A DNA stretch of 64,000 nt from an uncultured Eubacteriales bacterium (GCA_964639205.1 CAZXCG010000002.1:3692-67691), one strand, 5' to 3'; shown: positions 9,924 to 20,470, counted from the first letter of the stretch. Numbers and translations are program-made. Notes: generated by a model from the letters alone, not told the origin.

Positions 9924-10776
9924 AGAGTTTAAATTTACCGTAGCGGGGTCTGACTCCGGCGTGCAGGCAAAAACCTTTCTGCGCGGCGCTTGCGCAATAT
10001 CCGCCCGAACGCTTGCCAAGCTTAAACGCACTCCGGGCGGTATAACCGTCAACGGCAAACCGCTGCGTGCAATCGACACGGTTTTTGCCGGAGATGAAAT
10101 ACGTCTTGCCCTGCCTGAAGATACCAACGAAATAACCCCGGTTAACGGAAGAATTGAAATTCTGTATGAGGATGAATACATTATCGCTCTGAACAAGCCG
10201 GCAAATATGCCGGTGCATCCGGTTAAAAGCCACCAAAGCGACACGCTTGCCAACCTTCTGAGCGCATATATGATAAAGCGCGGTGAAAACTACACCTTTA
10301 GAGCGGTGAACAGGCTCGACAAGGACACCTCCGGAATAGTGTTGGCGGCAAAGGACAGAATAACCGCAGCCAAGCTTGCTCACAACGTCAGAAAGCAATA
10401 TTTTGCAATATGCGAGGGCGAGATTTACCGCTCCGGGAAAATAGATTTGCCTGTCAGTCTTGCACAAAACAGCAAAATGCTCCGCACCGCGGGCTGCGGC
10501 GGCTCCCCCGCCGTAACGCTTTACACTCCGGTAAAGAGCCTGCATGGCTGCACTCTGCTCAATGTACGCACGGAAACCGGCAGAACGCATCAGATACGCT
10601 GCCACCTCTCGCACATATGTCATCCGCTCGCCGGAGACGACCTGTACGGCGGCAGCCGGAATTTAATAGGCAGACAGGCGCTTCACTGTGCCCAAGCTTG
10701 CTTTGTTCACCCTGTAACCGGCGCGGAGCTTGAAATCCGCGCTCCTGTTCCCGAAGACTTCTTTATACGCATTTAA
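9913..10776 (+). CDS. RluA-family pseudouridine synthase
   Basis: 287 aa. N-terminal S4-like region; catalytic motif RLDKDTSGIVLAAKD; GRTHQIRCHL. Confidence 0.88.
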   Translation: MKYREFKFTVAGSDSGVQAKTFLRGACAISARTLAKLKRTPGGITVNGKPLRAIDTVFAGDEIRLALPEDTNEITPVNGRIEILYEDEYIIALNKPANMPVHPVKSHQSDTLANLLSAYMIKRGENYTFRAVNRLDKDTSGIVLAAKDRITAAKLAHNVRKQYFAICEGEIYRSGKIDLPVSLAQNSKMLRTAGCGGSPAVTLYTPVKSLHGCTLLNVRTETGRTHQIRCHLSHICHPLAGDDLYGGSRNLIGRQALHCAQACFVHPVTGAELEIRAPVPEDFFIRI

Positions 10777-10798
10777 AACCCGGCACACCCGGGGGTAC

Positions 10799-10827
10799 TT
10801 GCAATTTTTTCCGCAGTTTGCTATACT
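10799..10827 (+). promoter_or_regulatory. sigma-A type promoter for metG-tatD
   Basis: TTGCAA-17 nt-TATACT, 35 nt upstream of the ATG. Confidence 0.5.
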
Positions 10828-10862
10828 GGATTTAGATATATTGATTATGGAGAGATTTAACT

Positions 10863-12803
10863 ATGTGTAAAAAAGAGCCCTATTATATAACTACCGCGAT
10901 TGCCTACACCTCGCGCAAGCCGCACATAGGCAACAGCTACGAAATTGTGCTGACGGACGCCCTTGCAAGATACAAACGCTTACAGGGTTATGACGTGTTT
11001 TTCCTTACCGGAACCGATGAGCACGGTCAAAAAATCGAAGAAATCTCACGTGCCGCCGGAATTTCGCCAAAGGAGCATGTTGATAAAATAGCCGGAGAAA
11101 TTAAGGATCTATGCAAGCTGCTGAATATTTCTTACGATAAATTTATCCGCACTACGGACGGTTACCACGAAAAAACCGTGCAAAAAATTTTTAAAAAGCT
11201 CTACGAACAGGGAGATATATATAAAAGTGAATATGAAGGACTTTACTGTACACCCTGCGAAAGCTTTTGGACGGAATCTCAGCTTGTCGACGGCAAATGT
11301 CCCGACTGCGGCAGAGAGGTAACGAAAGAAAAAGAAGAAGCGTACTTTTTGAGGCTTTCAAAGTATCAAAAACAGCTTGAACAGTTCCTTGAAGATAATC
11401 CCCGCTTCATCTACCCCGAACAACGCAAAAAGGAAATGATTAATAACTTTATTAAGCCGGGCCTACAGGATCTCTGTGTTTCAAGAACAAGCTTCAAGTG
11501 GGGCATACCCGTTGATTTTGACGACAATCACGTAATATATGTATGGATCGACGCGCTTTCAAACTATATTACGGCAATCGGCTATGACCCCGACGGCAGC
11601 TCAGAGCTTTACAAAAAATACTGGCCGGCAAACGTGCATATAATCGGAAAAGATATTTTGCGCTTCCACACCATTTACTGGCCTATTATGCTTATGGCGC
11701 TTGGCGAACCCCTGCCAAAGCAGGTGTTCGGACATCCCTGGCTGCTTTTCGGTACCGATAAGATGAGCAAATCCCGCGGGAACACCATATATGCCGATGA
11801 TCTTGTCGCCTTGCTCGGCGTTGACGCCGTGCGTTACTATCTGCTCTCCGAAATGCCTTATACAAGCGACGGCTCAATAACCTACGAAACAATCATAGAG
11901 CGCTTTAATTCGGATCTTGCCAATACTCTCGGCAATCTTGTCAACCGAACAATAGCGATGAGCCACAAATATTTCGGCGGCAAGGTGCTTGCGCCAAGCG
12001 CGCCGGAAAAAGCGGACGGGCAGCTTTCCGCCCTTGCTCTGCAAACGGTAAAAGATGTTGACGGTCTGCTGTCGGAATACCGCGTTTCAGATGCTTTAAA
12101 CGCCATTTTCAATCTTGCGCGCCGGTGCAACAAATATATAGACGAAACTACGCCGTGGATACTCGCCAAAGACGGAACTAAGAAGGAGCGCCTCGCAACA
12201 GTGCTTTATAATTTGCTTGAGGGAATCCGATTTACAGCGGTTTTACTCTCACCGTTTATGCCGGATACCTCCAATGCAATATTTGAGCAGCTCAACTGCA
12301 CCGTAACAAGCTATGAGAGCCTCTCTTCTTTCAGCGGCACAAAAGTCGGAACTGTTCTCAACCAACCGGTCGCTCTGTTTAACAGAATAGATACCGAAAA
12401 AATGCTAGCGGACATAGCCGTAAGGCAAGAAAAAAATGCCGCCGAGGAAAAATCCTCAGATCGGAAAAAGCCCGAAGGCGTGGCTCTTATCGGCATTGAC
12501 GACTTTCTCAGGGTTGATTTGCGCGTTGCGGAGGTCAAAGCGTGCGAGCCCATTAAAAAGGCAAAAAAGCTTTTAAAGCTTACTCTCGATGACGGCTGCG
12601 GCGAGCGCACCGTTGCCAGCGGCATTGCAAAATTCTATACTCCCGAACAATTAATCGGCAGAAAAGTTATCCTGGTTGCAAACCTAAAGCCCGCCGTGCT
12701 TTGCGGGGTTGAAAGCCGCGGAATGATACTTGCCGCTGCAAGCGGAGAAGAAATAAAGGTTCTATTTGCAGATGAAATGCAGACAGGGGCGAAAATAAGT
12801 TGA
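10863..12803 (+). CDS. metG: methionine--tRNA ligase with C-terminal tRNA-binding domain
   Basis: 646 aa. HIGN (HIGH-like) and KMSKS motifs, CPxC..CPDC zinc knuckle, C-terminal EMAP/Trbp111-like domain. Confidence 0.95.
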   Translation: MCKKEPYYITTAIAYTSRKPHIGNSYEIVLTDALARYKRLQGYDVFFLTGTDEHGQKIEEISRAAGISPKEHVDKIAGEIKDLCKLLNISYDKFIRTTDGYHEKTVQKIFKKLYEQGDIYKSEYEGLYCTPCESFWTESQLVDGKCPDCGREVTKEKEEAYFLRLSKYQKQLEQFLEDNPRFIYPEQRKKEMINNFIKPGLQDLCVSRTSFKWGIPVDFDDNHVIYVWIDALSNYITAIGYDPDGSSELYKKYWPANVHIIGKDILRFHTIYWPIMLMALGEPLPKQVFGHPWLLFGTDKMSKSRGNTIYADDLVALLGVDAVRYYLLSEMPYTSDGSITYETIIERFNSDLANTLGNLVNRTIAMSHKYFGGKVLAPSAPEKADGQLSALALQTVKDVDGLLSEYRVSDALNAIFNLARRCNKYIDETTPWILAKDGTKKERLATVLYNLLEGIRFTAVLLSPFMPDTSNAIFEQLNCTVTSYESLSSFSGTKVGTVLNQPVALFNRIDTEKMLADIAVRQEKNAAEEKSSDRKKPEGVALIGIDDFLRVDLRVAEVKACEPIKKAKKLLKLTLDDGCGERTVASGIAKFYTPEQLIGRKVILVANLKPAVLCGVESRGMILAAASGEEIKVLFADEMQTGAKIS

Positions 12804-13570
12804 CCGATCGATTTTCTAACATTTTTGACGCGCACGCTCACTATGACGACGATAGCTTTTCCGACCGCGATTCGGTTCTTATGTCGCTGCCGGAAAAGGG
12901 CGTATGCGGTGTTGTCAATGCGGCCGTAAACCTCGAAACCGCCCGCGAATCCGTTAAATATGCGGAAAAATTCTCATACATGTATGCCGCCGTAGGGTTC
13001 CACCCGGAAAATATTGAAGACGCGCCCGCAGATTATCTTAATCAAATGGAACCGCTTCTTCGAGGCAAAAAGGCTGTGGCTGTAGGCGAAATCGGGCTTG
13101 ATTATCATTGGGATATACCGCGCGGTCTTCAGCAGCGCTTTTTCGGCGAGCAGCTCGGTTTTGCAAACGATATTTCAATGCCTGTTGTTGTACACGACCG
13201 CGACGCCCACGGCGATACGCTTGATTTTATAAAAAAATACCGCCCGAAGAAGTGCCTTATCCACTGTTACTCGGGCAGCCCTGAGCTGCTGCGGGAGTTT
13301 GTCAAATTAGGCTGCTGCATAAGCTTAGGCGGCGCTGTTACGTTTAAAAACGCAAAGAATCCGCTTGCGGTCGCCGCTGCCGTTCCGATTGACCGCCTGC
13401 TTTTGGAGACCGACGCCCCCTATATGGCTCCGGTTCCGTTCAGAGGCAAGCGCTGCGACAGCTCGATGATTGTATATACCGCGCAAAAAATAGCGGAAAT
13501 CCGCGGCATAAGCACTCAAGCCCTGCTTGATATTACTGCGGAAAACGCAGCGGTTTTTTATTCGCTTTAA
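12800..13570 (+). CDS. TatD-family metal-dependent hydrolase
   Basis: 256 aa. TTG start overlaps the metG stop by 4 nt. FDAHAHYDD, GEIGLDYHW, ETDAPYMAP motifs. Confidence 0.88.
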   Translation: MTDRFSNIFDAHAHYDDDSFSDRDSVLMSLPEKGVCGVVNAAVNLETARESVKYAEKFSYMYAAVGFHPENIEDAPADYLNQMEPLLRGKKAVAVGEIGLDYHWDIPRGLQQRFFGEQLGFANDISMPVVVHDRDAHGDTLDFIKKYRPKKCLIHCYSGSPELLREFVKLGCCISLGGAVTFKNAKNPLAVAAAVPIDRLLLETDAPYMAPVPFRGKRCDSSMIVYTAQKIAEIRGISTQALLDITAENAAVFYSL

Positions 13571-13577
13571 TAACAAA

Positions 13578-13620
13578 ATTCCCTGCACCTCAAAGCGTGG
13601 CGCAGGGAATTTAAAATTTT
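13578..13620 (+). terminator. intrinsic terminator after tatD
   Basis: ATTCCCTGCaCC..GGcGCAGGGAAT hairpin followed by TTAAAATTTT. Confidence 0.6.
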
Positions 13621-13638
13621 AAAGTGTACCGACCGGAG

Positions 13639-13785
13639 TTCAATAAGGGGCTTTGCCCCGTCATTCAACGCAGCAAAGAGCAGCGTTAGCTGCCTGAAAA
13701 ATCAGTGTGGGATGCAGTATTCCCAACTGATTCCGAAAGTGGAACCCGCCGCCTTATAGGCGGGAGACATCTTTGCCTGAGTTAT
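13639..13785 (-). repeat. structured intergenic element, family 1, copy A
   Basis: The minus strand reads TATAACTCAGGCAAAGATG..CCCGCCTATAAGGCGGCGGG..GGCAGCTAACGCTGC..TTGAATGACGGGGCAAAGCCCCTTATTGAA. It lies just 3' of the hexosamine kinase gene on the same strand. Confidence 0.85.
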
Positions 13786-13800
13786 ACCTGTTACAGCGGA

Positions 13801-13835
13801 AACGCCTGAGCCGTTTTTAAATCGGCTTAGGCGTT
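13801..13835. terminator. hairpin between the kinase stop and repeat copy A
   Basis: AACGCCTGAGCCG-9 nt-CGGCTTAGGCGTT. The T-run is present only on the plus-strand side, so terminator function for the minus-strand operon is uncertain. Confidence 0.35.
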
Positions 13836-13843
13836 ATTTTTAA

Positions 13844-14947
13844 TTATTTGGCGTATTTTTTTACAATTGCCTGCATTTCGTCCATTTTCTTTTCCATGTC
13901 GTCAACCAGCTTAAACTGAGTACGGCAACGGTCAAGATTGTGGCGTTCTCTGTGAATCTTAAAGTACGTATCTCCGCTCAGATAGTCGGCAAGGAAGCGT
14001 ATGCCGCATTCGAAGGTCATAATTTTTGCACCGATTGCAAGGCTGTAAAGCTCGGTTTCGGTCAAAAATTCTTTGGCAACGCTCAGATAGCCCTTTGTGA
14101 ACACCTCAAACAGATGCAGACTCATTTCAATTTTGGAAAGGTCTGTCTCGTCCTCGGCGCCTGTACTTGCACCGAAACGGATGCTGTCACCGAAGTCATA
14201 GGCAGCCGCTCCGGGCATAACTGTATCAAGGTCAATAATACAAAGCGCTTTGCCGGTTTGCGCGTCAAACAAAATATTGTTCAGCTTGGTGTCGTTATGC
14301 GTAACGCGCAGAGGCATTTTTCCGTCGCGAAGAAGATTTACAATTTCGCAGGCCGATTCTTTGCGCTGAAGAGCAAACTCGATTTCCGGCTGAACGTCCT
14401 TGGCTCTGCCCATAACGTCCTTTTTAACGGCCTCTTCAAAGTCGCGCAGACGGCTCTCGGTATTGTGGAAATTCACGATTGTTTCACAAAGCTCGTCGGC
14501 CGGGTAATCGGCAAGCTGCCGCTGGAAGTTGCCGAAAGCTGCACCGCAGTTATAGAAATCTTCATCAGACTCAATGCTTTGGAAGCAATTGGTTCCTTCA
14601 ATAAAATCATAGGCTCTCCAATAGTTGCCGCCCTCGTCGTTGTACAGAAATTTACCGTCCAGAGTTTTTATGACCGTCATTGTTTCGCGGTTGGGGTCGC
14701 CTCCGTTTTTAACGATAATATCCTTTAAAAAGTTAGTAACGCCCCAAATGTTATTCATCAGTCCGTCGGTATCGGTAAATATTGAGTGGTTTATTTTTTG
14801 GAAAATCACCCTTTTTTGAGTTCCGTCGGCGTCTTGAATTGTCGCCGCGAAGGTGTCGTTTATATGACCCTCGCCGTGCGGGCGGATGTCAACGCATTTT
14901 TTGTCCCCGACAAATGCAGAAACTATCTTATCAAAATTATAGCTCAT
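13844..14947 (-). CDS. N-acetylhexosamine 1-kinase-like phosphotransferase (NahK/LnpB-like, APH fold)
   Basis: 367 aa. PHGEGHINDTF nucleotide-binding region, HNDTKLNNILF catalytic loop, IDLDT. It sits in the operon with the GH112 phosphorylase. Confidence 0.75.
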   Translation of the reverse strand: MSYNFDKIVSAFVGDKKCVDIRPHGEGHINDTFAATIQDADGTQKRVIFQKINHSIFTDTDGLMNNIWGVTNFLKDIIVKNGGDPNRETMTVIKTLDGKFLYNDEGGNYWRAYDFIEGTNCFQSIESDEDFYNCGAAFGNFQRQLADYPADELCETIVNFHNTESRLRDFEEAVKKDVMGRAKDVQPEIEFALQRKESACEIVNLLRDGKMPLRVTHNDTKLNNILFDAQTGKALCIIDLDTVMPGAAAYDFGDSIRFGASTGAEDETDLSKIEMSLHLFEVFTKGYLSVAKEFLTETELYSLAIGAKIMTFECGIRFLADYLSGDTYFKIHRERHNLDRCRTQFKLVDDMEKKMDEMQAIVKKYAK

Positions 14948-14971
14948 TTTAATTATCCTTTCCCGGGCAAA

Positions 14972-15892
14972 TCAGCCGATAAGTGTAGCGGGATATTCGC
15001 CCGCGCTTATTTTTTTCTGAATTTCTTTTACAACATACGGCTTATCCTCTTTATAGGTAACGCCTATCCACGTGGCGCTGGTTTTTAGAACCTCAACCGT
15101 CGCCCTACCCTGATCAATAAGCTCCTTTACAACACTCGGAAGAAGGTACTCGGACTTGAGCGGGTTGGATACGGCGTCGCCGTCAAGAAACTCCTTGAAC
15201 CTTTTGGCAACTTCCTCAATAAACTGCGGCGGGAAGCACCAGCAGTTCATAGAAACTATGCAGTTTTCGTCGAGGTCAACCCAATTTTCTTCGTCCTCGG
15301 TGTATTTAACTTTTCCGTCTTCGCGGCGCATAATTTTTGTGCGCTCAACAATGCTTGTAAGATAGTGGTTTTCGTCCACTTCACACACTCCGCGTGCAAC
15401 GTGACCGTTTTCGGTGATTGTATTTTTGAGGATATAACCCGCCATACACATCTTCATAGGGTAGGAATTAATATCCATACCGTCTATCCACTGCGAAACC
15501 TTAGCAAACGCCTCTGCGCCGTAGAAATCATCTGCGTTTATTACGAGGAAGGGCTCCTTTACTTTGCCTAAGCAGCACATAATTGCGTGCGCAGTGCCCC
15601 AGGGCTTAACCCTGCCGTCAGGTACCGAATAGCCCTCGGGGAGATTGTCAAGCTTCTGGAAAATATACTCAACCTCAATTTGCTGAGCCATTCTGTCGCC
15701 GATAACCTCTTTAAACAGCTCAAAGTTTTCCTCTTTAATGATGAAATAGACCTTATCAAAGCCTGCTTTTTTTGCGTCATATATGGAGTAATCCATAATA
15801 ATTTCGCCGTTCGGTCCCACAGCGTCAATCTGCTTCAGACCGCCGTAGCGGCTACCCATGCCCGCCGCCATAATTACCAAAGCCTTTTTCAC
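14972..15892 (-). CDS. sugar-1-phosphate nucleotidyltransferase
   Basis: 306 aa. GTG start with AGGAGG RBS. N-terminal MAAGMGSRYGGLKQ signature of NTP-transferase fold enzymes. Confidence 0.75.
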   Translation of the reverse strand: MKKALVIMAAGMGSRYGGLKQIDAVGPNGEIIMDYSIYDAKKAGFDKVYFIIKEENFELFKEVIGDRMAQQIEVEYIFQKLDNLPEGYSVPDGRVKPWGTAHAIMCCLGKVKEPFLVINADDFYGAEAFAKVSQWIDGMDINSYPMKMCMAGYILKNTITENGHVARGVCEVDENHYLTSIVERTKIMRREDGKVKYTEDEENWVDLDENCIVSMNCWCFPPQFIEEVAKRFKEFLDGDAVSNPLKSEYLLPSVVKELIDQGRATVEVLKTSATWIGVTYKEDKPYVVKEIQKKISAGEYPATLIG

Positions 15893-15927
15893 GGGATATA
15901 ACCTCCTTTTTTTATTGTATTTTCAAC

Positions 15928-18138
15928 TTATATTTCGTACCAGAGAATCTGGTTCGGCTCCATATCAAGCTCAAAGCCGGTGCCGTCGCCCTTATAAACG
16001 GTTGTGCTCTGTCTTTCGTAGGTATTGTTTACAACACAGTATTTTCCGTTTGCAACATAAGCGTGAACGTCAACATTATAGTTTGAGCTGAACCACTTGT
16101 GAAGATCTTTCTCTGAGCTTGAAGCCCACATAACGGCGCGGTGAAGCACACGCGCGTTTTCAAAGCTGTAGGGCAGTCCGCTGATATAAACCCCGCGTCC
16201 TTTCCCGAATTGCTTTACGGCAAGCTGAACGTCCCTGTTATTCCTCCTGAGGTGGCTCTCGCCCTCGGGACCGTTATGGTCATGACAAACGACGACTGTT
16301 GTGCCCTCCAAAGCAAAAATGTTGTCCTTGCCCTCGCCGAAGTCGATTTCGCCCTCTACATCCTCGGTGATGAAATGACTGTGCTCCTCCCAATTGTATT
16401 TATCATAATTGAGATTAAAGCCCCTTTCCTTTTCAACGCCCAGAACAGTGGAAAGCTGGAAAAATTTGCCCTGATACTGGCAGGCAGTCGGCTCGCCTAC
16501 TCCGATAAAGCCCCCGCCGTTATAAACAAAGCGCTTAATCGCGGTGACAATGGCTTCATCCTTCCAGTTATCTCCGCCGGAATACGCGGTTTCCGCATCG
16601 CCGATGTTTATAATTACGTCAATTTTGCCGAGAATATCGGGATTTTCGCGAATATCATCAAAGCTTATAAACGAAACGTCATAAGGAGCGCCGCTGAGAG
16701 CCTCTATTACGCCAAAGTAAGAGTAGTTCTGCTTGAAGTAGATTCCATGGTGAACCATAAAATTACCCCAGGAGCGGCACTTGCCCCAGCAGTTGAGGAC
16801 AGCTACCCTTTTAATGCAGTAGGGCGTGGTTCCTTTGGCGTTTTCGTACAGAGTGCGGAATTCCTCGCAAACTCCTGCCACATAATCTATAAATTCCGGG
16901 ACCTTCAAAGCAAGCTTCAAATAACCACCGTAGCCGATTCTGTCGATAGGCTTTCTGAGGATAGCTCTGCGGGCGGTTACCCAATTGTATTTTGCCTCGC
17001 CGACCGGATCTCCGCCCTCGTGAAAGGTATCCGGGAAGAAATAAGGCAGAAAACGACCTTCCGTGTATTTTACTCCGGGAATGTCGCTTATAAGACGCAG
17101 GGTCGTGCCGTTTCCTACTGAGCCTACCACAGCGTCAAGACCTATGCTCTTGAACTCCTCAAGATACGGCTCGGTGCCTATCCAATGATCGCCGAGAAAC
17201 ATCATGGCTTCTTTACCGTATTCGTGAGTAATGTCCACCATTTCCTTTGCAAGCTTGGCGACCTCGCGGCGCTGAAAATCCTGAAAGTCCTTGAATTCCT
17301 TTGAAGGAACGCGGTAGGGATTGTTCATATAGCCCTGATCGATTATAAATTCCGGTCTGAATTTATAACCCGCTTCTTTTTCAAATTGCTCTAAAATATA
17401 GGGAGAAACGCTTGCGGCGTAACCGTACCAATCCACAAACTTTTCTCTTGCAAGCTGGTCAAAAATAAGCGTAAACTGATGAAAGAAGGTAGTGTAGCGA
17501 ATAACCTTTACATAAGGATGATCCTCGATAAATTTGCGCAGCCTTTTCATTGTAAACTCGTGTGTTTTGGGCTGGCGGACGTCAAAAGTAATTTGATGCT
17601 CAACATTCGTCCAGTTGTTTACAACGGCGTTGTACATATGCACAGGATCCCACATTATGTAAGCAAGAAAGCTGACTGTGTAGTCGTGAAATTCCCGGAC
17701 GTTTTCAATTATAACGTCCCCGGCGGCTTCATCGTATGACCAGCTGTCAACCGGCACAACTTCGCCTGTGGTTCTGTCGATAACCTCCCACCAACGCTTA
17801 ATATCGTCGCGGGAATTAACCTTGAGCATTTCCGGGTAAAGGCCGGACATAAGGTGAATCCGCAAATTTTCTTCGGTCGCGGTATTAACGGACGTAACGA
17901 CATACATTTGCTGGATTTCTTCCGGATGCGCTTTAGCCCAGGCATTGTCCTTCCTTGTAGTGTAATAGGTTGAATAAACCTTAGCGTCAACGGATTTTAA
18001 TTCCTCCGGAAAATCGGTTCCGTCGCAGTCGCGGATTGCATCCGCGCCCCAGCGCTGAATAAGATCAAGAGTTTCAGGTACTACGTCAACATCGGTTGGA
18101 ATTGTAACTCTGCCAAAATCTCTCGTCGGTTCTTGCAT
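15928..18138 (-). CDS. 1,3-beta-galactosyl-N-acetylhexosamine phosphorylase (GH112, LNBP/GLNBP)
   Basis: 736 aa from the ATG at 18138 (GAAAGGA RBS; the track's TTG at 18156 lies within the RBS). N-terminus ..GRVTIPTD..LIQRWGADAIRDCDGT resembles Bifidobacterium LnpA. Confidence 0.85.
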   Translation of the reverse strand: MQEPTRDFGRVTIPTDVDVVPETLDLIQRWGADAIRDCDGTDFPEELKSVDAKVYSTYYTTRKDNAWAKAHPEEIQQMYVVTSVNTATEENLRIHLMSGLYPEMLKVNSRDDIKRWWEVIDRTTGEVVPVDSWSYDEAAGDVIIENVREFHDYTVSFLAYIMWDPVHMYNAVVNNWTNVEHQITFDVRQPKTHEFTMKRLRKFIEDHPYVKVIRYTTFFHQFTLIFDQLAREKFVDWYGYAASVSPYILEQFEKEAGYKFRPEFIIDQGYMNNPYRVPSKEFKDFQDFQRREVAKLAKEMVDITHEYGKEAMMFLGDHWIGTEPYLEEFKSIGLDAVVGSVGNGTTLRLISDIPGVKYTEGRFLPYFFPDTFHEGGDPVGEAKYNWVTARRAILRKPIDRIGYGGYLKLALKVPEFIDYVAGVCEEFRTLYENAKGTTPYCIKRVAVLNCWGKCRSWGNFMVHHGIYFKQNYSYFGVIEALSGAPYDVSFISFDDIRENPDILGKIDVIINIGDAETAYSGGDNWKDEAIVTAIKRFVYNGGGFIGVGEPTACQYQGKFFQLSTVLGVEKERGFNLNYDKYNWEEHSHFITEDVEGEIDFGEGKDNIFALEGTTVVVCHDHNGPEGESHLRRNNRDVQLAVKQFGKGRGVYISGLPYSFENARVLHRAVMWASSSEKDLHKWFSSNYNVDVHAYVANGKYCVVNNTYERQSTTVYKGDGTGFELDMEPNQILWYEI

Positions 18139-18233
18139 ATTTCGTATCCTTTCCAAAGCAATTCTTTACCCGATGCTAAAGTATTAACACCGGGTAAATA
18201 TAAATTTTCAGAATGTAAATTGTTCGTAAAATA

Positions 18234-18479
18234 TTATTTAGACTTTTTTGCCTTTTTTTGGGGCTTTACGTCATACTTTTTGAAGCCTTTATTATAAAAG
18301 TAAAGCTGAGTGAGCAGAATAGCGATACCCACAAACTCTAAAAGCAAATTCCACGCAGAATGCTGGGCAACGCCGAAGTGCGCGAGAAGATCGCCGTTCT
18401 GACCGCAAATAACCAGCCATATGCCGACAACAAAGGCAAGGATATTAATTATAATTTTTGCGTATTTCATTTTGAACAC
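18234..18479 (-). CDS. small two-TM membrane protein of unknown function
   Basis: 81 aa with two hydrophobic helices and a Lys-rich tail. Lies between the permease and phosphorylase genes on the same strand. Confidence 0.5.
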   Translation of the reverse strand: MFKMKYAKIIINILAFVVGIWLVICGQNGDLLAHFGVAQHSAWNLLLEFVGIAILLTQLYFYNKGFKKYDVKPQKKAKKSK

Positions 18480-18523
18480 AGCACAGGCAAAAGACTGCGC
18501 CGCCTAACCTCCCCTGCTCTTTA

Positions 18524-19405
18524 TTAACCTTTAACACCGCCGGCGGTCATGCCTTCGGTAAGCTTACGCTGAACGCACATATAAATAACGAGAACCGGAA
18601 TCATTACTATAACCATACCTGCAAACAGCCGACCCCATTCAGCCTTCTGCATCGACGCCTGATTCAACGACATCAAGCCGACCGGTAGCGTGTATTGCTC
18701 TCTATCGGTCATCAACGTTATTGAAACAACGTACTCGTTCCAGAACGACAGGAAGTTGAAAAGAATAACAGTTATAATACTCGGCTTGGCCATAGGTATC
18801 ATAATTCTTGTCATTGTGTGGAAATATGAGCTGCCGTCAACATAAGCCGCCTCTTCAAAATCTCTCGGAAGCGTAACAAAATAGCTTGAAAGCAGATAAA
18901 TTGTAAAAGGCAACGCCGTAGAAGCAAGAACCAGCGCCAGAATAAACTTGTTATTCAGGAAAAACTCCACGCTGAAATGATTTCTCAAAAATTTATCTCC
19001 GCCGTTAAGCATAAGGAATATGGGAACGGCGATGTAGCTTACGTTTACAAACAAGCCGCCCATAAACGCCGTGTTCAACACATTACGCAGCGGGAACTTA
19101 AATCTTGAAAGTGCGTATGCCGCAGGCAGAGCCATAACAAGAAGAAGGCCGAGAGCCAACACCGTAACAATTACGGAATTTAAGAAATATTTGCCCATGC
19201 TGGCTTTTGTCCACGCGTTGGCGTAGTTTTCCCAATGGAGACCCTCTTTAGGCAAGCCTACGGAGTTCCTTATGAAGTCGTTATTACTCTTGAGCGATGA
19301 AACAAACGTCCAGATAAGCGGAATTACAATAAGGATAACCAGCACAAAAAGGACAACATAAATTAAAACTTTAACGGCAATCTCTTTGCCGGATCTTTTT
19401 TTCAT
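18524..19405 (-). CDS. carbohydrate ABC transporter permease (MalG/BPD type)
   Basis: 293 aa, multi-TM, with an EAA-like loop FEEAAYVDGSSYFHTMTRIMIPMAKP. Confidence 0.88.
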   Translation of the reverse strand: MKKRSGKEIAVKVLIYVVLFVLVILIVIPLIWTFVSSLKSNNDFIRNSVGLPKEGLHWENYANAWTKASMGKYFLNSVIVTVLALGLLLVMALPAAYALSRFKFPLRNVLNTAFMGGLFVNVSYIAVPIFLMLNGGDKFLRNHFSVEFFLNNKFILALVLASTALPFTIYLLSSYFVTLPRDFEEAAYVDGSSYFHTMTRIMIPMAKPSIITVILFNFLSFWNEYVVSITLMTDREQYTLPVGLMSLNQASMQKAEWGRLFAGMVIVMIPVLVIYMCVQRKLTEGMTAGGVKG

Positions 19406-19427
19406 AACTTTTATGCTCCCCTTTCAG

Positions 19428-20339
19428 TTAAAATTCCAAAACTTCACGCTTTGTAACAGCGCTGACAATGCCGGACATGAGGAACGAGAACAGGAATACC
19501 ACAACGCCGACCGCCATCTGCGAGCCGTAGCTGCCCGCGTTATTTGTCATATAAAACAACAGGACGTTTGCATTATCCTTTACGGTTGAACCGATGAAAG
19601 CTCGGATAAACGTATAGGAAAGGTTGATGGTGCTTATGATAAAGAAAGTAAGCGTTGTTCTTATGTTGTTCCACACCAGCGGAATGGTAATTTCAAAGAA
19701 GACCCTCAGTCTGCTGGCGCCCTCAATGCTTGCGCTTTCGTAAATACTTTCCGGAATGGCGGAAATACTTGACATATACATAACCATATAATAACCGATA
19801 GCCTGCCAGATAAGAGCAAAAGCGATCGCCCATATAAGAATTCTGCCGTTGCCGCCCATAAAATCTATGTAAGACTGGTTGGCGCTCCAGGTATCCGAGT
19901 CTGTGCCGGAAAGTATCCTTAAAATACCGTTTATGAGCCCTTCGGGAGCACGGTAAGCCATAGCAAAAATATTTGCTATAACAACTATTGATAGAATATT
20001 AGGAATATAAAATATGATGCGGAAAAAGTTTTGACCCTTTATTTTTTCCCTGCTGAGAACCGACGCATAGATAAGCGCAAGAGCGAAGGTTACTATAGCT
20101 ATAATTACGATTAGAAAAACAGTGTTCTGGAATGCTGCGATAAAGCTGCTGGTTTTAAACAATGCAACAAAATTGTCCAATCCGACAAAGGTTTTATCAT
20201 CCTGAGCATATTTACTAACCTTAAATAAAGACAGATAGAAAACCTCAATTGTTGGGATAACCATAAAGATTATGAACATCAGGGTAGCAGGGAGAACGCA
20301 AAGGATGGCAAATCTTGTTTTGCCTTTTTGCTTAGTCAT
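19428..20339 (-). CDS. carbohydrate ABC transporter permease (MalF/BPD type)
   Basis: 303 aa, multi-TM, with an EAA-like loop YESASIEGASRLRVFFEITIP. Confidence 0.88.
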   Translation of the reverse strand: MTKQKGKTRFAILCVLPATLMFIIFMVIPTIEVFYLSLFKVSKYAQDDKTFVGLDNFVALFKTSSFIAAFQNTVFLIVIIAIVTFALALIYASVLSREKIKGQNFFRIIFYIPNILSIVVIANIFAMAYRAPEGLINGILRILSGTDSDTWSANQSYIDFMGGNGRILIWAIAFALIWQAIGYYMVMYMSSISAIPESIYESASIEGASRLRVFFEITIPLVWNNIRTTLTFFIISTINLSYTFIRAFIGSTVKDNANVLLFYMTNNAGSYGSQMAVGVVVFLFSFLMSGIVSAVTKREVLEF

Positions 20340-20470
20340 ACTACATCTCTCCTGTCAAAACTGAAAACGGCAGGCAGTCAGCTGCCTGCCGTCTTCGACT
20401 TATAATCAGATTAAATCACGTTATTTTTTTATTTTCCGATAATTTAAATCAAAAATGGTATCAATCCGAA

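Noticed and set aside
9862-10623. 253-aa ORF on the minus strand
   Set aside because: It lies entirely antisense to the well-supported RluA-family gene. It is Arg/Ala/Gly-rich, as expected for a GC-skewed shadow frame, and has no RBS or recognisable motif.
13940-14728. 262-aa ORF on the plus strand
   Set aside because: It is a shadow ORF antisense to the NahK-like kinase gene, with no motif or RBS support.
16141-17121. 326-aa ORF on the plus strand
   Set aside because: It is a shadow ORF antisense to the GH112 phosphorylase gene, which has a clear family signature.
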